In this document: positions 48,062 through 54,167 of the stretch, in pieces
Position numbering within the stretch: the first letter of the stretch is position 1
Layout: each line of letters opens with the position of its first letter
Source of the DNA: Octopus bimaculoides
Taxonomy: Eukaryota
NCBI RefSeq assembly: GCF_001194135.2
Contig: NC_069001.1
Coordinates: 23,194,576-23,248,742 of the forward strand
Reading direction: 5' to 3'
DNA: 54,167 bases
Notes under the pieces: model-generated
Databases searched by the model: none
What the model saw: only the letters and a program-made list of their open reading frames with translations
What the model was told of the DNA's origin: nothing
Program-made: the position numbers and the translations under genes

Positions 48062-48180
48062 ATATGTTGCAAATTTGTTTAATTGCATTTGACATTTGAA
48101 AGATTATGGCACTGATTTTGCCACCAAGTGGAAGTTCATTGAGTTGTGTATACCATAAAAGAATGGGTGTAAATGATTCA
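48062..48180 (-). CDS. Candidate exon (phase 2 to 1)
   Basis: Acceptor ttgtactttcag; encodes ESFTPILLWYTQLNELPLGGKISAIIFQMSNAIKQICNI; donor gtctct is weak. Confidence 0.25.
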
Positions 48181-48434
48181 CTGAAAGTACAACTATTAAA
48201 AGTGTTATACTTTAAAAAAATAACTTTTACAATGAATTTACCATCTAAATGCAAGATCTCAAATTCTAAAACATGCCACCACTTTCATAAGTATCTACTG
48301 GAAAAGTAGAATTTAAAATCACACTCTGACTAAACTACTCTATCCTTCATTTTAAACAATACTTCAATTCATACCATTTATCTTTCTAAATATCTGAAAA
48401 GCTTTCCATCTGCTTTGATATACCCAAACCAGCC

Positions 48435-48660
48435 ATATGTGGCAAGCTGATAGGCTTGTTAACACTTTGGACAAAATGTCAAGCAATTTTTCTTCTGGCT
48501 CATTATACTCTGAGTTCAAATTCTGCCGGGTCAACTTTGCTCTTCAGTTGATAAAAAAAAAGTAGCAGTCAAGTACTGGGGTTAATATAACTGACTTGCT
48601 CCTTCTTCACAAAACTGATTGCCTTGTGATTTTAAATCAGAAAGAATTATCATTATTCGA
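48435..48660 (+). mobile_element. SINE family C (another degenerate copy at 49605-49760)
   Basis: ctctgagttcaaattctgccgggtcaactttgc...agtactggggttaatataactgacttg. Confidence 0.7.
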
Positions 48661-48964
48661 CCTGACTCAGGGTTTGTCTCATTCTTGGTAAAATATACAT
48701 GGGTAGTGAGTTACTACGTGTAACCTTAGTTATCCACATGATTTCACCAAGCTATCATCTGCTCAAAGCCCTTCTGAGGCTCTTTCCTGTTCCTAAGAAG
48801 CAAACCTTCTATAGAAGATCTACAGGACATTCCATTCTAATTTCCTTTATTCATTTGTCTACATCATCACCCACAGTCCCTAATGCACCAATTATCGAAG
48901 GTACATCCCTAACAGATTTCATGGATGTAATCGAATGACCAGTTAGCAAATTCAATTGTCTTTG

Positions 48965-49555
48965 TCTATTACTGTATTATTATTATTACTATGGAGTGAC
49001 AGAATGCAGCACATGCTATCAAAGTGATGCTGGGGTACAAATATATGAAGCCCAATGTATCCATCATGGCTACCCATCTGATAAGGTTACACCAGGCATA
49101 CACATCACAACCATATATGTGCAACTTGATAACCTCGTATCAAGATGAAAAGTGCATGACCTTGCAGGTAGAGGCCCAGTTAGAATTTTCTTCAGGTCTA
49201 GTAACCCATCCCACTCAAAAGGTCACTGAATAAGGTTTGTTTGAGGATGCAGAAACAAAACACCCATGTTTTCAGGGAAGAAATATTCAAATGCTACAAA
49301 ATCCCTCTCATCGTATGGCTTTCATGCTCCCCCACTACTCCTACTTATGATCAGAGATGCACATATCATCAACCCCTAATGGACATGCTCAACTGATGAA
49401 GGTAAAGCAACCGACGAGCAAATCTGCAGTATTGAGCAGAATATTTGCCGTAACCCATCTTTTACACCAAGATAAAGCATGTAGATGATAACACTTCCAA
49501 TCAATAAAGGTCAGAAGCCACAAGAAGCAATGCCTGGTTTTACATCAGGGCATTT
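48965..49555 (-). repeat. Full copy of the ~590-bp repeat, flanked on both sides by (TTA)n
   Basis: Reverse complement of 31558-32110; ttattattatt at ~48975 and a long (tta)n at 49553-49610. Confidence 0.85.
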
Positions 49556-49562
49556 ATTATTA

Positions 49563-49611
<49 letters not shown>

Positions 49612-50187
49612 GCTGGCAGAATCATTCAAATCTGCCGATGTCACTGTTGCCTTTTACCCTTTTGGGATCAATAAAATTTGAGTAGTGGGGTCAATGTTAT
49701 TCACTTGCCCCCTCTGCATGAGCTTGCTGCCACTGTGCCAAAATTTGAAATCCATATATATATATATATATATATAGTGTTTTCTGAGTTAGTACTTATC
49801 AAACTAATGCACAAAACTGTTACTTTTGCTAAATATTAAAAAAAATATATACACATAGTCATATTTTGAGCCCCATTTTTCCAGTTTGAACAACATACCT
49901 ATATATATATATGTATATATATATATACATATACATATATATATATANNNNNNNNNNNNNNNNNNNNNNNNNNNNNNNNNNNNNNNNNNNNNNNNNNNNN
50001 NNNNNNNNNNNNNNNNNNNNNNNNNNNNNNNNNNNNNNNNNNNNNNNNNNNNNNNNNNNNNNNNNNNNNNNNNNNNNNNNNNNNNNNNNNNNNNNNNNNN
50101 NNNNNNNNNNNNNNNNNNNNNNNNNNNNNNNNNNNNNNNNNNNNNNCATATCTTAATATAGATGTGTATAAGGAGGATTTAAAAGGA

Positions 50188-50225
50188 TTCTAACCGGCTT
50201 TCATTGCATGGCAAATTTTCAAGAA
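50188..50225 (-). ncRNA. Hammerhead motif, U3-A8 variant, in the inverted pLTR (sister copy 51160-51197, +)
   Basis: TTC-TTGAAAA-T-TTGC(cat)GCAA-T-GAAA-GCCGGT-TA-GAA; stem III AGCCGGUU is self-complementary with G.U pairs. Confidence 0.55.
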
Positions 50226-50362
50226 GAGGTGAAATGAAAATAATGTTTTTTAAAAAAATATAAAAAATCTATAAAAAAATAAATATACCAATACATTATA
50301 CCAATACATATTGTCTTTGAGCTTTTAAAGTTCAATGGTAATCCATGTAGATAATTGTTATT

Positions 50363-50788
50363 CCATCCCCATCAGTTAAAAAATGTGCACGCCCTAATTG
50401 TGGTACCTGCACCTACCTACTTGAAAGCTCTGCATTTACCTTCAAACAAGGAACAAGGTTTAAAATCAAGACCAACTTCTCTTGTTCCTCTGGGAACCTC
50501 ATTTATGTCCTCACATGCGCAGGTTGCCAACACCACTATATCGGGCAGATGAGCCTCCCTTTGCGTAGAAGAGTAGCAGTCCATAAAAAACAAATAAATC
50601 TTCCACAACACCACTAAATTCCACTCAGTGGTCACATAGACTCTTGCGCAAGAAATAAAAACCTTAAATTCCTTATATTCCCTTTCTATCAATGTAAAGA
50701 CAGAATCTCTACACAAGAAAGAATCAACAAGGAGAATCTTTTTATAGAGAAATTCCAAACACTTCTTAACATACAAACTCCTCGGTGA
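50363..50788 (+). pseudogene. PLE GIY-YIG endonuclease domain with upstream Cys cluster (Neptune-like), one internal stop
   Basis: KKCARPNCGTCTYL...SGNLIYVLTCAGCQHHYIGQMSLPLRRRVAVHKKQI...H*IPLSGHID...KENLFIEKFQTLLN; hand-translated and absent from the ORF track. Confidence 0.85.
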
Positions 50789-51282
50789 CCATATTCCCTT
50801 CTCTCACCTACCCATAGAAATACATATAAATTTACTTCTTGTTTCTCTAAGAACAGACATAAACTTCCTGTTTAAAAAGAGTTCATAGCCCCAACTAAAG
50901 AGTATAAAACCAACAGAATTGTCTTCCCTTACCCACACTTCCTGTTTTGACACCACACTTCCTGTTTAACACATAAACTTTCAGACTTCATTAAACACAA
51001 CACTAATATTAATTACATGCATCCTAATCTTTCTAACAGTTATTGACACGGATTACCATTGAACTTTAAAAGCTCGAAGACAATATAATGTATTGGTATA
51101 TATATTTTTTTATATATTTTTTTATTTTTTTGTAACAAACATTATTTTCATTTTCCCTCTTCTTGAAAATTTGCCATGCAATGAAAGCCAGTTAGAAATC
51201 CTTTTTAATCCTCCTTATACACATCTATATTAAAATATGCTTTCAGCTTAGCATTCTGCCTTATTATTATTTTTTATTTTCC

Positions 51283-51317
<35 letters not shown>

Positions 51318-51322
51318 ATATA

Positions 51323-51355
<33 letters not shown>

Positions 51356-51529
51356 NNNNNNNNNNGATGCATATATGCATACGATATGTATATATCTATA
51401 TCTATACATATTTGTCTTGTTTTCCATTTGTGTCTTTCGTTGTTAAAAAAAATAGTTCATATTCCATGTACTTGTACTTCGTATTTTTTTTATTGTACAC
51501 GTTTCATGACATGCTGTGCCCACATATGC

Positions 51530-51575
<46 letters not shown>

Positions 51576-52759
51576 GTATAGATGAAATTATCTACAAAAA
51601 AAATGCTGAATCTTACATCCTAGCTAGCCAGTAAAATTCCATGTGGTGGTAATAATGGACCAGCATAATTTTTTTGTAGGTAATTCCACTTGTGTGCACT
51701 TCTTGTATTAGTTGTTCCCCTGAACTATAAAAAAATTGCAGCAGTTTGACTGATATCATTTTATCTATTTATTTTATTTTTATTTATTTTATGTTGAGAA
51801 GTTACAGAAGGCCATAAGTGGCCTCATGCCACTTATATCACAGTCTTCTCCCCTGCACTCTTTATTTACTGGTTCGTTTTCTTCTTTATTTACATATCCC
51901 CTGTAATGGACCTAACTTTTGCCCTTGGTTCAAATATAATTGACCAATTGTAGAGATGGATAGACTTTGGTCAATTCCATTGTGGACAACAACTGCTGGT
52001 CTCTACAATATTTCAGTTAGCACACCATTATAAGAACACTACGGTTTTGTTTTTGGATAATTATTAACCAACTCTGTTTGCGATATCATAAGTACTATTC
52101 TTTTTCGAGACATATTAGTAATTCTTATTTTGTCTTATTTTAGTACTAACTTCATTTCACTACTATTCAAACACCCTAGCTCCCCCTTTATATAGAAATA
52201 ACCTGTAAATATTTCCCTAGACCACTGCTAGTTCAATCTTTTGCCAATCAACTTCAAAGCTCCATGCTGCAAGATGGTATGATTTTACTATATTGAATCT
52301 TCTTGACCTCTTATCGAGGCCCTGTTCTTTCTTTCTTCCCTCTTCCCTTCATTTATTTTATTTTACACATTTGTATTCACTCTGATGAAGCTCCATGTAC
52401 TAGATAGAATGTGCTATGAAGATGATGAATATTATTTTCAGAATTTCTTTCATAAACACTGACTAACATTGGAAGCAGAAACAGCCATAAGAAATGTTAT
52501 GCCATGTTTTGTATTAAAAAATAATCTACTGATGTGGTTCAATTTGTTTGTTTGTACATCAAAAGTTTTCTCCATTTTTTGATTATTTAAATTTGATTCT
52601 TGATAAACTTTCTTTATTCTATTATTACCCTATGAGCATAGTGTGCCTGCATACCCATGGATAGCACAGGTAATTGATACCCATAATAAATACAGTTACT
52701 TTTATCCCTTAGTTGGTTACTACTTCCACTAACTCTGCTTACCTATATATATATATATA

Positions 52760-53407
52760 TTTTTATATATGACGTTGACCACTAACGTGGACATTCAATG
52801 TGCTAGAAATAGATCACATCTTATGTCTAACAAGACCTAAATTGTTCTCAACATGAAATATAGCGTGATACCAAAACGTAAGCGGGCAAGACATTTAAGA
52901 TCACCGAAAAGGAACATTATCAAACAGGTACCGGTTTCAAATTTAACAATCTTACCGACTGTCTATTTCTCTTCAGCCTGATTTGTAATGGAACCATAAT
53001 CATCAGAACCCCATACAAAGTTGCCCACCGCCATAGGTGCGCATGTATATGGTTCTGCTAATTACAGCTTAATGGTAAAATTCAAAAGTCTTCGTTTTGG
53101 CGCGCTAATTCCAGGAATATGTCTGCAGAGAATATTTACTGCGTCGCATATATCCAGTATGAGAACTCGGTAAGGGTTAATATATTATCAAAAAGTATGG
53201 CAAAAAATCATATATTAATTAATATCGATTAATTACCAGGAAGCTAGCACATTTAAAGAATCAAAGAGATTCAGAAACAGTATCTGCAATCTCAGGGGAT
53301 TAAAGTACATTTTTATATATGACGTTGACCACTAACGTGGACATTCAATGTGCTAGAAATAGATCACATCTTGTGTCTAATAAGACCTAAATTGTTCTCA
53401 ACATGAA
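52760..53407 (+). repeat. 98-bp direct repeats (52760-52857 and 53310-53407, 2 mismatches) enclosing a 450-bp segment
   Basis: tttttatatatgacgttgaccactaacgtggacattcaatgtgctagaaatagatcacatc...ttgttctcaacatgaa occurs twice. Confidence 0.9.
52925..52980 (-). ncRNA. Type-I hammerhead with canonical core and extended stem II
   Basis: CAGG-CTGAAGA-G-AAAT.A.GACAGTC(ggtaa)GATTGTT.AA.ATTT-GAAA-CCGG-TA-CCTG. Confidence 0.7.
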
Positions 53408-53589
53408 CTATATTAAATATTAGGGTATTTATTAGGTTAAAGTTTAAGAATAAATTAAAGAATTAATATTTATCTTACAAAGTGATGAGGTAAGGTAGAT
53501 AGAAATGATATAGAGGGGGATGTGTTAATGATCATGGAGGTATGGATATGGCTGCTATTCGTAGGGAGTGAACTTACACTTAGATTTAT

Positions 53590-53875
53590 GAAAGAATTTA
53601 AAAGTGTGGAAGATTTTGTGGTAACATGTAGTGAAGGCTTCGTTTGTTTATTAAGCAATTGTGGTGAGTTATGGGTTAAAATTTTGAGGGTTTCAAATGG
53701 AGTGTTGACTCCAGAGTTTATTATAGTCCAGAAAAGTCTATATTGTATTTTTCTATTGATTAGATGGTGTACATGGCTGGCTAGTGATGTGGAATTGCTA
53801 TTCTCTTTATATTTAGACTTGTTTAAATGTACATAATATCTTTGTTTAAAATTTCTGGTAGAGCACAGCATGTCA
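53590..53875 (-). mobile_element. Second PLE GIY-YIG remnant (C-terminal half)
   Basis: STRNFKQRYYVH...NSTSLASHVHHL...FWTII...ETLKILTHNSPQLLNK fits the R/H...E...LLN pattern; the YIG strand is missing. Confidence 0.65.
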
Positions 53876-54045
53876 TTTCCAAATTTCTGGCTGAGTGAAT
53901 TGGGTCATGGTGCTGGTTTTCTCACAGACAGTGCCCAACTGGCCCAACCATACTGTGTAGTTCACAAAATCAAAAACAAACAATGCACATGCACGAAATA
54001 AAAAATATAAAATGGCGACAATTTACACATCACACCCTGTATGTG

Positions 54046-54078
<33 letters not shown>

Positions 54079-54083
54079 GTATG

Positions 54084-54141
<58 letters not shown>

Positions 54142-54167
54142 ATATATCAATACTGGCATGAACAAAT

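Larger units (their letters stand above)
50147..51285 (+). mobile_element. Penelope-like element, 5'-truncated, with inverted 5' pLTR and 3' pLTR
   Basis: 50147-50348 is the reverse complement of 51046-51240; the enclosed + frame encodes a GIY-YIG endonuclease. Confidence 0.9.

Noticed and set aside
49393-49418. CTGATGA-A-GGT...ACC that looks like a hammerhead
   Set aside because: It is followed by GACG rather than GAAA, and the homologous position in the 31558-32110 copy lacks the core, so it is a chance mutation.
50417-50776. 119-aa minus-strand ORF in the track
   Set aside because: It is the antisense shadow of the plus-strand GIY-YIG frame.
52380-52415. CTGATGAAGCTCC motif
   Set aside because: No pairing stem II or GAAA follows.
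52942-53181. Apparent piggyBac-type MITE (ttaacaatcttaccga ... tcggtaagggttaa)
   Set aside because: The apparent TIRs are better explained as the GGTAA-looped stem II hairpins of two oppositely oriented hammerhead motifs.

Overview
AT-rich eukaryotic genomic DNA from a gapped draft scaffold (N-runs at 1244-1745, 2121-2610, 8879-9053, 21683-22535, 27038-27943, 29698-29744, 49948-50146, 51356-51365). The repeat landscape looks like an octopus/coleoid cephalopod genome; this is inferred from recalled repeat families, not proven. No complete gene is recognisable. Most of the window is decayed mobile DNA: three tRNA-derived SINE families, RTE 3' tails, two L1/Tx1 LINE fragments (one with a 16-bp TSD), three mariner remnants, a TIR-intact Tc1-type element, a hAT/DUF4371 remnant, TTAA-type MITEs and Penelope-like elements (PLEs) with GIY-YIG remnants. 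Signals the ORF track misses: (1) minimal type-I hammerhead ribozyme (HHR) motifs in several unrelated PLE-like termini, two with a canonical core (5804-5838, 52925-52980) and three families sharing a U3-A8 covariant core (28081, 32806, 50188/51160); (2) a tRNA-headed, HHR-tailed SINE-like unit forming a ~200-bp-arm palindrome (511-947); (3) a 28S rRNA fragment whose homology stops at the R2 target site; (4) a 9/18-bp repeat open as CxxC on + and HxxH on -; (5) a tentative phase-compatible chain of minus-strand exons. All structures were read by eye and none was computed or database-checked. PLE hammerheads are a known class; nothing here is established as a new system.
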